DNA of 32,682 nt from a virus (taxonomy: Duplodnaviria; Heunggongvirae; Uroviricota; Caudoviricetes; Ackermannviridae). Under the pieces are notes generated by a model. It searched no databases. It had not been told where the DNA came from and was given only the letters and a program-made list of their open reading frames with translations. Both the position numbers and the translations under genes were made by a program. Shown here in pieces: positions 14,044-23,391 of this stretch. Within the stretch, counting starts at the first letter, position 1; the number at the start of each line of letters is the position of its first letter. The stretch lies in IMG/VR virus record IMGVR_UViG_2974514734_000001, positions 1-32,682 of that record, one strand, 5' to 3'.

Positions 14044-16044
14044 ATGAAACCGCAGTTTTCACAGCCAAAAGGCTCTGTCTCCAAAGAGACAAACAAGGAC
14101 TCTATTGCTCGCAAGTTCGGATGCAAGAAGTCCGAGGTTCTGTATGCTAAACCAGGATCCACCCTGACTGGTTATAAGGTGATCTACGATAAGGTCACTC
14201 AGCGCTCCTATGCACTGCCTTCTAACCTGCCTGCTGGCGCTACCATCACCAGCCTGACAGACGGCATTCTCGTACACAATACGGGCACCGTAGACCTGGG
14301 TGAACTCGCGGTGCTTCGGGAAGAGTTCGTTACTCTGGTTGAGAACTTTACTTCCGGGTTTACGATTCGGGTCAAGAACGAAGTTGTGAGTGATGGGACA
14401 TACCTGTATCGTTGGGGTGGATCATTACCAAAGATCGTACCTCCTTCTTCTACGCCTTTGAATTCTGGTGGGATCGGAGTTGGTAAGTGGGTTCTTAGTG
14501 ATAGAACGAAGGCCGAACTTGGAAGTTCTTCTGGAGCCGGGATGAGTGGGTTTGACCCATTCTATACGTACCCTGATAAAACAGTTGGGAATTATTTGTC
14601 ACAAGTGCCAGGGTCAGATAATACAGGCATGAATAATTCTTTGGATTCGTTTAATGCAGCCATCTTGAAACTCGCTCTTAAAGGTGGGGGTGTCCTTCAC
14701 CCAGAGCCGGGAATTTACAAAATATCCGGCGGGTCGGTTTTACTCCCATCATATGTTACTTTGGATCTTCGTGGGTGTGAACTTCGTGGCGATGGGAAAG
14801 GGACAAACACACTCATAGCTTCTGGGTGGGTCGAAAATGGGACTCTGATAGATATTACGCCAGAATATGGAACCGGCGGCGGTGATGGCAATGGAACTCA
14901 CTTCGTTATACAAGCCCGCGTGTTTGGTGGCAAGCTGACCAATGCCGGGATAGGCATCCGAGGCCAACGTTTTAACTACGGCACCACCATAGAGGGTGTA
15001 TGGTTCGAAAATTCGCTTTCTCAGGGTTGGTTTACAACTCATTCATGGGGGTTAAAAGTAACACGTTGTTTGGCTCGAGCGACTTGTAAGATGCTGGACT
15101 TTGTTGATTGGACCGAGGTTTCAAACAATGATTTTGAAGGTCTTGCATATTTCGTTTCTGGTTACGTGGGCCTGATCATTGGAACTGGTGGATACGGGGG
15201 TAGTTACAGTTGCCGTATTATATCCAATGGGTTCCACCAAATGGAGACAGCCATAAAACTTGAAGGTGAAATAGACGATTTAGTTATTGAAAGTAACCAT
15301 TATGAACGTACCGTATACCATGTGGTGGGTGATCAATACACGAAGACTAATTTCCGAATCAAACATAACTGGATGAAAGCAAACCTTGCACACCCAGATG
15401 ACCCGAGTCTGGAACCACCAACCAAACCTGGTGTTATCCCTATGGTTTTCCAGAACCTGAAAGATTCAGACATCGGGCCAAACAGATTTACGAATGATTC
15501 CGGCTCTACTTATTCAGCACACATTGTGGCCACTGGTGATGAATGTTACGGTAACCGCTACTATGTTGGTTACAAAACAGATGTTGATAACGATTTTTCA
15601 AAAATCCAGATGTCTAATGCAAACGCGTTGTATGTTATGCGTGGTTCTAACAACTCCACGATTTCCCAACCTAGCATTGAATTACGATCTGGTAGTGCGG
15701 CATATACTGTAGAGAAGTACAAAGCTAGCTACAACATGCAACTAAACAAGATTCCACTTTGTGATGTTTATCTAGATGGTTCTGGAAACGCGACCGTCAC
15801 CACTTGGTTCCAACAGAGCGACCAATTACTTGGAGCCTTCAGTTTCAGGTTTGTTGGTAGTTCAGCAACTGCGGTCGTTGCTGGAACATTCTGCTATGAT
15901 ACAGCGAATGTGACTATCAACAAAATATCCTCCGGTGGGTCGTTACCAATCGCTATTGGTGCTGCCGGAGATGGGAGATTAACCATATCTTTTGCACAAG
16001 TCCCGGTCGGCGCAAGCATTACAGGTTGGGTTAAACAATTGTAA
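14044..16044 (+). CDS. tsp1: Tailspike TSP1 (666 aa from ATG 14044), pectate-lyase-like beta-helix
   Basis: AGGAG SD precedes 14044. TD-type N-terminus (GYKVIYDKVTQRSY, VDLGELAV.REE), YRWGG box, and SFNAAI...GGGVLHPEPGIYKI beta-helix start. Confidence 0.88.
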   Translation: MKPQFSQPKGSVSKETNKDSIARKFGCKKSEVLYAKPGSTLTGYKVIYDKVTQRSYALPSNLPAGATITSLTDGILVHNTGTVDLGELAVLREEFVTLVENFTSGFTIRVKNEVVSDGTYLYRWGGSLPKIVPPSSTPLNSGGIGVGKWVLSDRTKAELGSSSGAGMSGFDPFYTYPDKTVGNYLSQVPGSDNTGMNNSLDSFNAAILKLALKGGGVLHPEPGIYKISGGSVLLPSYVTLDLRGCELRGDGKGTNTLIASGWVENGTLIDITPEYGTGGGDGNGTHFVIQARVFGGKLTNAGIGIRGQRFNYGTTIEGVWFENSLSQGWFTTHSWGLKVTRCLARATCKMLDFVDWTEVSNNDFEGLAYFVSGYVGLIIGTGGYGGSYSCRIISNGFHQMETAIKLEGEIDDLVIESNHYERTVYHVVGDQYTKTNFRIKHNWMKANLAHPDDPSLEPPTKPGVIPMVFQNLKDSDIGPNRFTNDSGSTYSAHIVATGDECYGNRYYVGYKTDVDNDFSKIQMSNANALYVMRGSNNSTISQPSIELRSGSAAYTVEKYKASYNMQLNKIPLCDVYLDGSGNATVTTWFQQSDQLLGAFSFRFVGSSATAVVAGTFCYDTANVTINKISSGGSLPIAIGAAGDGRLTISFAQVPVGASITGWVKQL

Positions 16045-16049
16045 ACGAG

Positions 16050-16077
16050 AAGCCCCTTGATTGGGGCTTATTTCTTT
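16050..16077 (+). terminator. Intrinsic terminator after TSP1
   Basis: AAGCCCC-TTGATT-GGGGCTT followed by ATTTCTTT. Confidence 0.75.
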
Positions 16078-16099
16078 CTATTCCTCGGTTGGCTGTATA

Positions 16100-16106
16100 C
16101 TAAATA
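16100..16106 (+). promoter_or_regulatory. Late promoter motif CTAAATA (VriC)
   Basis: Motif 35 nt upstream of ATG 16141, with GGAG SD. Confidence 0.75.
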
Positions 16107-16140
16107 TCTCTATAATGGCACCTATCGTTGGAGCATCAAA

Positions 16141-19100
16141 ATGCAATCTACAAATTTAAACCGTCGCCCGTATTGGGATGACTGGAATCCTGGGAAACGT
16201 TTTTCACGGATTCTTTTTCGTCCGATGCCTATCAAGGTTCAGACTCGCGAACTGAACCAGATGCAGACTATTCTTCAGGATCAAATTGAAAAACTAGGCA
16301 ACCATTTGTTCAAAGATGGTTCTATGGTTATCCCTGGCGGTCTGACGATTACCAATGCCGCAGTCTCTTTGAAATTCACTTTGGCTGGCGGTACTGAATT
16401 CACTGATCTGGAAGGTATTTCTGAACTCTACGTTTTGGGGAAGGACAATAATGCCAAAGCGCGTGTGTTGTCTCTTGAACGTGATCTGTCTGCTCCTGAT
16501 ACGATGCTGGCTATCCTTGAGATGACTGAAGCGGGTAATGCTGACGGATTCCATGTTAACGATAATCTGTATTTCCAGACTTACGACGTGAATGATAATT
16601 TCATTCGTATTGGTTATGGTATCGCAGCTGCGGTGACTGGTTCTATCGTCGCTCGTATGACGAAAGGCGTTTACTTCATTCGTGGGATGTTCCTAGACGT
16701 TGATGACGCAACTCTTATCGTTGATAAAACTTCTAACATCACTTCCCACCGCATCGGATTTAAAGTCACCGAAACTATTGTCACCGAAACAGAAGATGAA
16801 TCCCTTTATTCAAATGCTCAGGGAACGATTAACTCCAAAGCCCCAGGCGCTCATCGTCTTCGAATAGATCTGGTCTTATCTCGATTTGATTATGATGCTG
16901 TGGTTGAAGACTTTGTTGAACTGGCCAAAGTTCGTGATGGTAAAATCCAGTCTATGGTGACTCAGTCCACCTATAATATTCTGGAAGACACGTTAGCCCA
17001 ACGGACGTATGAAACCAACGGCGATTACAACGTTTCAACGCACCAGATCGACATCCGCGAACACCTGAAAGTCAATAACAATGGTGGTGTATTCAATGCT
17101 GCTGATGGCGGCGACGAAAGTAAATTCGTGTCTGTAATGAAACCAGGTATTTCCTATGTTCGCGGTCGCCGTATCGAAAACGTCGGGGAAGAGTTGGTGA
17201 TCGTTGATAAGGCGCGGGATACCGATGTCCTGAATAACACCCCTGTTGCGGTGGCCACAGGCAATTATCTGGTCACCAAGAATTCTAAAGGTGTGCCAGT
17301 GATATCCCGCACCGTTCGATACAAATTACTGAATGCTTCAGGCGTTACCCAGGCTACAGCACTTTGTATATCAGCTGAACGTAATTCAACAGAATTTCGT
17401 CTGTATATGCGCGACCTGGTCGTTACTGGCGATGCATCCACTATCACCAAAGTGTCTTACGAAGAAAGCGGTATCACCATGTTCTCTGCTGAACTTGAAT
17501 CCAATCAGTTTAACCAGAGTTCTATGATAGATCTGATCTTCTCTCTTCCGGTATTCGGTGTCAAGACTTTAGCACCAACTGGCTCCGTGGATATCAACTA
17601 CACTGTTCTCAGAACGTATAAAGTGACGTTGGACAACAGCGGCGCGGGTTCTATTTCTGCTCCATTGGGATATAGTTTTTCCCCAGAATTTTCGTTGTAC
17701 TCTGCAGCGAAATCAGATGGTTCGGAAGCGCAGTTCGATATCTCTGGTTCTTTGTCTTTGACTGGTTCTCCGGTCGGTTCGGCGCTGCAGATTTCTCTGG
17801 GCAGTGGTAATGCTAACCAGTCAATCAATTTGCTGGCGCTGATGATTCGTACCACGGCCACAATCAAAACGAAGACCATCACTGAAACAACTGAAACAGT
17901 GACGTTCACCTCGCAGACTAGCCGTCCTTTGGCGAATCACGATGGTTGGAAATTGGTATCGGTCAAAAACGATACTGGCGCAGACGTGACCTCCAGCTTC
18001 GTCCTAGATGGCGGACAGCGTGATGCAGGGTATTACAAGTCTAACTTGTTATCCAGCGCTGGAGCAATCTCAGGGACGTATACAGTGGTGTATCAATACT
18101 TCGCCCACAGTTCCGGTGATTTCTTCTCTGCTGATTCGTATACTTCGATGGATTATAAAGATATCCCGAATTATACATCATCTACATCAGGCGCGGTGTA
18201 CGGCCTGGCAGATAGTTTGGATTTCCGTCCGAAAATTACCAACGGAACTTCTGACACAGATATGGTTCGTCCAAACACTGCAGTTATTCTGGACACAGAA
18301 TATTATCTGCCGCGTATTGACGCGATTTATCTGGCAGACAACGGTGTGTTTGGTGTGGCTCGAGGCATTAGTTCTAATAATCTGGCTTCTCCAGCAATCC
18401 CAGCGAACGCCATGCGTTTGTATGAATTGTTGATCCCGCCGTATACGCCGAATATTGATGATATCCAAATTCGAACTATTGATAATCGTCGTTATACGAT
18501 GCGCGATATCGGTAAACTGGAAACCCGTATTTCCAATGTTGAATACTATACCTCTTTGTCACAGCTGGAATCTTCAGCGATGACACAGCAAGTGTTCGAC
18601 CCCATCACGGGTAATCCCCGTTTCAAAAATGGTATTGCGGCTGATCCGTTCAAAGACTTCCGGTTGATTGATGACTTGTCTGAAGATTGGATGGGTTCTA
18701 TCGATACCGAAAACGGACGTCTGCGCCCGTTTGTACAACAGAACGTTGTTGACATGACTCCTGTTGGCTGGAACAAAGTGATGGATGGAATGGTGGTTTG
18801 TAATTACACGCCTGAAATCTCGGTGAACCAAGAATATGCGACGACGACGATCAACGTTAACCCGTATGCTGTATTCAATTGGGAAGGTTTCTTGAAGATT
18901 AACCCGACCACAGACTACTGGTTCGAAAACTATTATGTTGCACCGCGTATTATCAATGAAACGATCAACACCCGTGGTACTGTACAAGAAGGTTCAGTGT
19001 ACGGAACATGGCGTACTGTTTCTGTTTCTGATCGTGTTTGGGAACCGCATGGTGCTGGTGGTGTGTGGTGGGGATATCGTTACCGCACGACTGTTTCTGC

Positions 19101-20979
19101 CCGTGATGTCACCACATATACATACACGGACAAAACAACCACGACCATGACTGGCGAACAGATTGTGGAGACGCAAGTTATCCCATACATGCGCGAGATC
19201 GATATTTCTTTCGACGCATCTGGGCTGCGACCTTTCACTCGTATGTATGCGTTCTTCTCTGGTCGTGACGTCAATCTGTATTGCAAACCGAATGGTGGTA
19301 ATTTCGGTGACCCAATCACCACTGATGCCAATGGTGCTGTTAAAGGTGTATTCCGCGTTCCACAGAACGATACAATCAAGTTCAACACAGGCGACAACGT
19401 GTTCCGCTTAACGGATAGCCCTGTTGACAGTAAATCTGCGGATGATACACTGACCAATGCAGAAATTGTTCATAAATCTTTCGGTAAGAAACAAGGTATT
19501 CAAAAGACCTTTGTCAACACTCGTGTCCTGGGTTACACTGCTAGTACTCGCACCGAAACTTCTACTTCTGAAGTGGTTGTTGATCAATGGCGTGATCCGA
19601 TTGCCCAATCGTTTATGGTGGCGACTAAGATTGGCGGCGAGTATATTGAAGGCGTGGAAGTATTCTTCTCTACCAAGTCACGTGATGTTCCGATCACTCT
19701 GGAAATTCGCGAGATGGAGAATGGCTTACCTTCTCATACAGTCATTACTCGTAAAACTTTGAACCCGTCTGAAGTGGCGATCTCTACAGACTCTTCCGGC
19801 GGTACGAAGTTCACCTTTGATTATCCGGTGTATCTGCAAGCATCGACTGAGTTTGCTATCGTTTTGTTGGCGAATACTCAGGATTACAACGCGTATATCG
19901 CGGAAATGGGCAAGAAAAACCTTCTGTCCAACGAATATATCGCCAAACAACCGTATACAGGGGTGTTCTTCACTTCTTCAAACGGTTCTACATGGTCTCC
20001 AAACCAAATGGCTGATATGAAATTCCGCATATATCGTTGTAACTTCGCTGCGGGACAGAACGTTGTAACATTTGATCCGAAGCTCGGGCCAAAACAACGT
20101 CCGTTGGGATTGAACACTCTGAACTGCGTAAGCGGGTCTTCTGTTGTGACTGTGTTTGCACCTGGTCATGGTTTGGTTGCTGGGAACAATGTTACTCTTT
20201 CTGAATTGACAGGCGGTTGTGGCTTTACTCCTGAACAACTTAACAAAACGTTTACTGTGACAGATGCGAGCTATACTTCATTCAAGATTGACGTCGGTAC
20301 GGCAGCAGACAGCAATGGACAAATCGGTGGGGATAATGCTTCTTTCTTGGGCAATTATCTGGTTGATATGTTCTATGCCAGCGTTACCAATTCGGCTCTG
20401 GAAGGTTCAATTCTGAAATTGGAATACCGTTATCGCGATGCCACTTCAAATTCTATGTCTGATTGGGCTGAGTTTGAAACTGACACTGACGTGGCGTTAC
20501 CGACTGAAGGTATCTATCGTCAGGTTGGTGACTTCCAGATTCGTGCTACTATGACTCGTAGTGAAAACAACGTGTACACTGCTCCAATGATTGATGGCGA
20601 TGACCTGAGCGTAATCTTCAACTCATACGGTGTGGATCCATTTGAAGATGTCTTCAAATACGTGACAAAGGACATCGGATTTGATAATCCGTGTTCTACT
20701 GTGAAGTTGTTCTTTGGTGCAATGCTCCCATCTCAGTCTTCGATGAAGGTGCAGGTGAAACTTCTACGAGCAGGGCAAGAGATGGATAGTGTGGCTTGGG
20801 AAGACGTCGCCCCAACTTCGCCTTTGGTTAACGACGGTTCCACATTCTTTGAATATGAGTATGACAAGACTGTGGCAAGCAACAATCCGTTCGTTGGACT
20901 AAAAGTCAGAGCACTTGTAAGGGGGAACCGAGTTGCTCCTCCATCATTCAAAGACTTCCGTCTTATTGCTCTGGCATAA
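16141..20979 (+). CDS. vriC: VriC/VrlC-like large virion/baseplate protein (1612 aa)
   Basis: N-terminal NRRPYWDDW.PGKRFSRILFRP..VQTRELNQMQ.ILQ.QIEK.G..LFKDGS.V, and DPIAQSF / FKNGIAADPF motifs typical of the VrlC-like family. It follows the TSP cluster as in Ackermannviridae. Confidence 0.88.
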   Translation: MQSTNLNRRPYWDDWNPGKRFSRILFRPMPIKVQTRELNQMQTILQDQIEKLGNHLFKDGSMVIPGGLTITNAAVSLKFTLAGGTEFTDLEGISELYVLGKDNNAKARVLSLERDLSAPDTMLAILEMTEAGNADGFHVNDNLYFQTYDVNDNFIRIGYGIAAAVTGSIVARMTKGVYFIRGMFLDVDDATLIVDKTSNITSHRIGFKVTETIVTETEDESLYSNAQGTINSKAPGAHRLRIDLVLSRFDYDAVVEDFVELAKVRDGKIQSMVTQSTYNILEDTLAQRTYETNGDYNVSTHQIDIREHLKVNNNGGVFNAADGGDESKFVSVMKPGISYVRGRRIENVGEELVIVDKARDTDVLNNTPVAVATGNYLVTKNSKGVPVISRTVRYKLLNASGVTQATALCISAERNSTEFRLYMRDLVVTGDASTITKVSYEESGITMFSAELESNQFNQSSMIDLIFSLPVFGVKTLAPTGSVDINYTVLRTYKVTLDNSGAGSISAPLGYSFSPEFSLYSAAKSDGSEAQFDISGSLSLTGSPVGSALQISLGSGNANQSINLLALMIRTTATIKTKTITETTETVTFTSQTSRPLANHDGWKLVSVKNDTGADVTSSFVLDGGQRDAGYYKSNLLSSAGAISGTYTVVYQYFAHSSGDFFSADSYTSMDYKDIPNYTSSTSGAVYGLADSLDFRPKITNGTSDTDMVRPNTAVILDTEYYLPRIDAIYLADNGVFGVARGISSNNLASPAIPANAMRLYELLIPPYTPNIDDIQIRTIDNRRYTMRDIGKLETRISNVEYYTSLSQLESSAMTQQVFDPITGNPRFKNGIAADPFKDFRLIDDLSEDWMGSIDTENGRLRPFVQQNVVDMTPVGWNKVMDGMVVCNYTPEISVNQEYATTTINVNPYAVFNWEGFLKINPTTDYWFENYYVAPRIINETINTRGTVQEGSVYGTWRTVSVSDRVWEPHGAGGVWWGYRYRTTVSARDVTTYTYTDKTTTTMTGEQIVETQVIPYMREIDISFDASGLRPFTRMYAFFSGRDVNLYCKPNGGNFGDPITTDANGAVKGVFRVPQNDTIKFNTGDNVFRLTDSPVDSKSADDTLTNAEIVHKSFGKKQGIQKTFVNTRVLGYTASTRTETSTSEVVVDQWRDPIAQSFMVATKIGGEYIEGVEVFFSTKSRDVPITLEIREMENGLPSHTVITRKTLNPSEVAISTDSSGGTKFTFDYPVYLQASTEFAIVLLANTQDYNAYIAEMGKKNLLSNEYIAKQPYTGVFFTSSNGSTWSPNQMADMKFRIYRCNFAAGQNVVTFDPKLGPKQRPLGLNTLNCVSGSSVVTVFAPGHGLVAGNNVTLSELTGGCGFTPEQLNKTFTVTDASYTSFKIDVGTAADSNGQIGGDNASFLGNYLVDMFYASVTNSALEGSILKLEYRYRDATSNSMSDWAEFETDTDVALPTEGIYRQVGDFQIRATMTRSENNVYTAPMIDGDDLSVIFNSYGVDPFEDVFKYVTKDIGFDNPCSTVKLFFGAMLPSQSSMKVQVKLLRAGQEMDSVAWEDVAPTSPLVNDGSTFFEYEYDKTVASNNPFVGLKVRALVRGNRVAPPSFKDFRLIALA

Positions 20980-21031
20980 ATAATGTTGAAAGGTGGGCGT
21001 AAAGCCCACCAAACCAATAGAGGATAAAGAT

Positions 21032-21280
21032 ATGCGTGGAGTGAAAGTACAGGGGCACGCATCCATGTTGAGAAGCAGTTCTTGCCCTGGCGCGATTATT
21101 TGCACCGATCACGCCGCTGGCATGGCTGCATTGCAAGCCCGTCAACGCAATGAAACCCGTGAAGCCACCATTGTTGAACAATCAAACCAGATATCTAATC
21201 TGGAGGCGACAATCAAAATGATGGCCGAAAAGTTGGGGATCGAAATCCCCGAAGGAGGTCAGAATGGCGACGCAAGCTGA
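21032..21280 (+). CDS. Small conserved hypothetical (probably virion) protein, 82 aa
   Basis: GAGGA SD precedes ATG 21032. VKVQGH..MLR....GAIICTD resembles small proteins found after VrlC in T4-like phages (recall). C-terminal coiled coil. Confidence 0.75.
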   Translation: MRGVKVQGHASMLRSSSCPGAIICTDHAAGMAALQARQRNETREATIVEQSNQISNLEATIKMMAEKLGIEIPEGGQNGDAS

Positions 21281-21605
21281 AAGAACGGGGCTTGACATCC
21301 GTGGTATCTTAACCGCTGTCGTGGCTTCTGCATTGGTCTCGGCAGCATCGTTCCTTTGGTTCATGGGCGGGATGGAAACGCGCGTGAATGTATTGGAACG
21401 AGATTCCAACAAGATGGATCAAGTTCTTCAGAAAGTGAATGACATGAGTGAACGTATGGCGATCATGAATACTGACCTCGCATATGTCAAACAAAACATG
21501 GCTGAGTTAAAACTCAATAGCAGCAGTCTTTCAGATGATGTTCGCACACTGCGGATTACTGTATCTGATTTGCAGCAAAAGGGGAATAACAATGGCCGTC
21601 AATAA
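21264..21605 (+). CDS. Hypothetical protein with N-terminal hydrophobic helix and long coiled coil (113 aa)
   Basis: GGAGG SD. ILTAVVASALVSAASFLWFMGG is hydrophobic and is followed by heptad repeats. It overlaps both neighbours. Confidence 0.8.
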   Translation: MATQAERTGLDIRGILTAVVASALVSAASFLWFMGGMETRVNVLERDSNKMDQVLQKVNDMSERMAIMNTDLAYVKQNMAELKLNSSSLSDDVRTLRITVSDLQQKGNNNGRQ

Positions 21606-22344
21606 GATTCGAGACAAAAAATCTTTTATGAATTATGTCTTGCGTAAATTGGGCGCTCCTGTGATCCAAATTAACCTTGACAGTTCACAAGTCGAAGATG
21701 CAGTCGATGATGCTCTGCAGAAATTTTGGGAATATCATCGTGATGGTAGCCAAGATGCGTTCTTCCTGTACCAAGTTAAACAAGAAGATATCGACAAGGG
21801 ATATATAGAATTTCCCGATGATATTGACGATGTGATTGAAGTTATCCCTGGACCTCCGATTGAGTCAATCGGAAACTGGGCAACTCCTCAATGGCAAATG
21901 GCTCAAGCAATGCTTGTCCCCAAAGCAGCGCTGGTTTCTATTCGTCTCATTGATTATGTTTCCATGCAACAACGCCTGTCGGATATCACAAGCGTCTTAA
22001 ATGTTCGCCGTAATTTTGTGTACAAGAAGTTCCAGCGACGCCTTTACCCGCAGTTTGCTGCCATTGTTGATGAAACTCTGGCTTTTCGTTGTTATCAAAA
22101 TATCGACCCCGAATCGGAAGAAAACGCTGAAGCATGGAATGATATGTGGTTGAAAGCGTATGCGACTGCATTGGTCAAGCGCCGTTGGGCAGAGGTGCTT
22201 AAGAAGGCAAGAGGCATCCGTCTCCCTGGTGGTATCGAACTGGATGGTGATAGTATGTTCAGTGAGGCCGAGACCGAGATAGAGCGGCTGGAGGAAGAAT
22301 TGCGTACTGGTCAGCAATACCCTATCGATTTTATGATGGGATAA
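21592..22344 (+). CDS. gp13: Neck protein, T4 gp13-like
   Basis: YVLRKLGAPVIQINLDSSQVEDAVDDALQKFWEYH.DG and LPGGIELDG..MFSEA..EIERLEEEL motifs. Confidence 0.93.
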   Translation: MAVNKIRDKKSFMNYVLRKLGAPVIQINLDSSQVEDAVDDALQKFWEYHRDGSQDAFFLYQVKQEDIDKGYIEFPDDIDDVIEVIPGPPIESIGNWATPQWQMAQAMLVPKAALVSIRLIDYVSMQQRLSDITSVLNVRRNFVYKKFQRRLYPQFAAIVDETLAFRCYQNIDPESEENAEAWNDMWLKAYATALVKRRWAEVLKKARGIRLPGGIELDGDSMFSEAETEIERLEEELRTGQQYPIDFMMG

Positions 22345-22347
22345 GAG

Positions 22348-22374
22348 AAGGCGGGTTATCCCGCCTTTCTTTTT
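22348..22374. terminator. Terminator between convergent genes
   Basis: AAGGCGGG-TTAT-CCCGCCTT followed by TCTTTTT. Confidence 0.85.
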
Positions 22375-22585
22375 ATAACTTGATGTCGCGTCCGGAAGGA
22401 TCTGAATTTGCTAGAATATAACCATCAACCACGTTCTTTTCGTCCCACCATTCAATAAAATCATTACCCTTTTCGCCTTTGATAAGACCCACAATGTTAT
22501 ATGAACCATCGGCGATTTTAGCATCTACACAGATAATTCTCACACGCCTTCCGTCACGAGTTTCTTTAATATCTTCAACCTTCAT
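22373..22585 (-). CDS. Hypothetical protein, 70 aa
   Basis: GAGGA SD on the - strand. It fills the gap between gp13 and the endonuclease gene and has protein-like composition. Confidence 0.75.
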   Translation of the reverse strand: MKVEDIKETRDGRRVRIICVDAKIADGSYNIVGLIKGEKGNDFIEWWDEKNVVDGYILANSDPSGRDIKL

Positions 22586-22616
22586 TTATCAATTCCTCAA
22601 AAGAATTAATGATTGA

Positions 22617-23333
22617 CTAAATACCTTCAAAGGTATTTCTGATAAATTCGATAATTCTACTTTCATGTTTAAACCATTCAGTCGCACCGTCAAATCCCTT
22701 GTAACCCATACTAATTGACATCGCATGAGCCTTTCTTTCCATTTCTAACACGAATTGCCCATCATTTGACTTAAAAACTTCCAGGACATTGAATTCAAAT
22801 GGAGTTGATCTTCTTAAAGATTTAAATCTATTATTTGGTGAATTGGATATCCCGATTTTCATACAGCCTTCTTCGCTGGACAATATGTACAAATAACCGA
22901 CTTTAAAAGGATTGTATCCAGAAGTCGCGCAGTAGGGGCACCAACTTTTACTATTCACCAAATTACCGTATCTTGACTCCCAACGATGTCCTTCTGAACA
23001 TTCCATGAGGCAAACTGTCACATTATCTTTATACTTTCCACCAATAAATTCTATGAATTTACCGCCGTTGGTTTCAGCATGGTCAGTTATTCTCTTTTTA
23101 GATCCTTGCTGGGTATTTCTCTTGTTACCATTACATGTTGGACACCAACTGCCTTTATTGATCAAATTTCCATAAGATGCTGAACTCCATTGATGTCCTT
23201 CACCGCACTGTAATATACATTTTGTCTGATTAGTGATAAATTTACCACCAACGAATCCCTGGAACAAACCACCTTTAGATAAGGCATATTTGTAAAGATT
23301 TTGAATAGCAGTTTCTTCCGTCAGGACGATCAT
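22617..23333 (-). CDS. Putative homing endonuclease: two Zn-ribbon repeats plus C-terminal GIY-YIG-like (T5orf172-type) domain
   Basis: C.EGH.W.S.YGNL.N.K.SWCP.C-type repeat occurs twice, then GYLYIL...MKIGIS..P..RF..L and E.ERK.H...DGATEWF. AAGGTG SD. Confidence 0.82.
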   Translation of the reverse strand: MIVLTEETAIQNLYKYALSKGGLFQGFVGGKFITNQTKCILQCGEGHQWSSASYGNLINKGSWCPTCNGNKRNTQQGSKKRITDHAETNGGKFIEFIGGKYKDNVTVCLMECSEGHRWESRYGNLVNSKSWCPYCATSGYNPFKVGYLYILSSEEGCMKIGISNSPNNRFKSLRRSTPFEFNVLEVFKSNDGQFVLEMERKAHAMSISMGYKGFDGATEWFKHESRIIEFIRNTFEGI

Positions 23334-23360
23334 ATTGATTCACCTTAAAAACAAATTCAA

Positions 23361-23367
23361 CTAAATA
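23361..23367 (+). promoter_or_regulatory. Late promoter motif CTAAATA (gp14)
   Basis: Motif upstream of GAGG SD and ATG 23392. Confidence 0.7.
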
Positions 23368-23391
23368 TATTTAAATCTTGAGGAAAATATT

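Noticed and set aside
5849-20238. Numerous 60-140 aa ORFs nested in tailspike and VriC genes
   Set aside because: Antisense or alternate-frame shadows with no SD or motif support.
20992-21010. GGTGGGC-GTAAA-GCCCACC hairpin as a + strand terminator
   Set aside because: No U tract on the + strand. More likely a stability hairpin or a - strand terminator.
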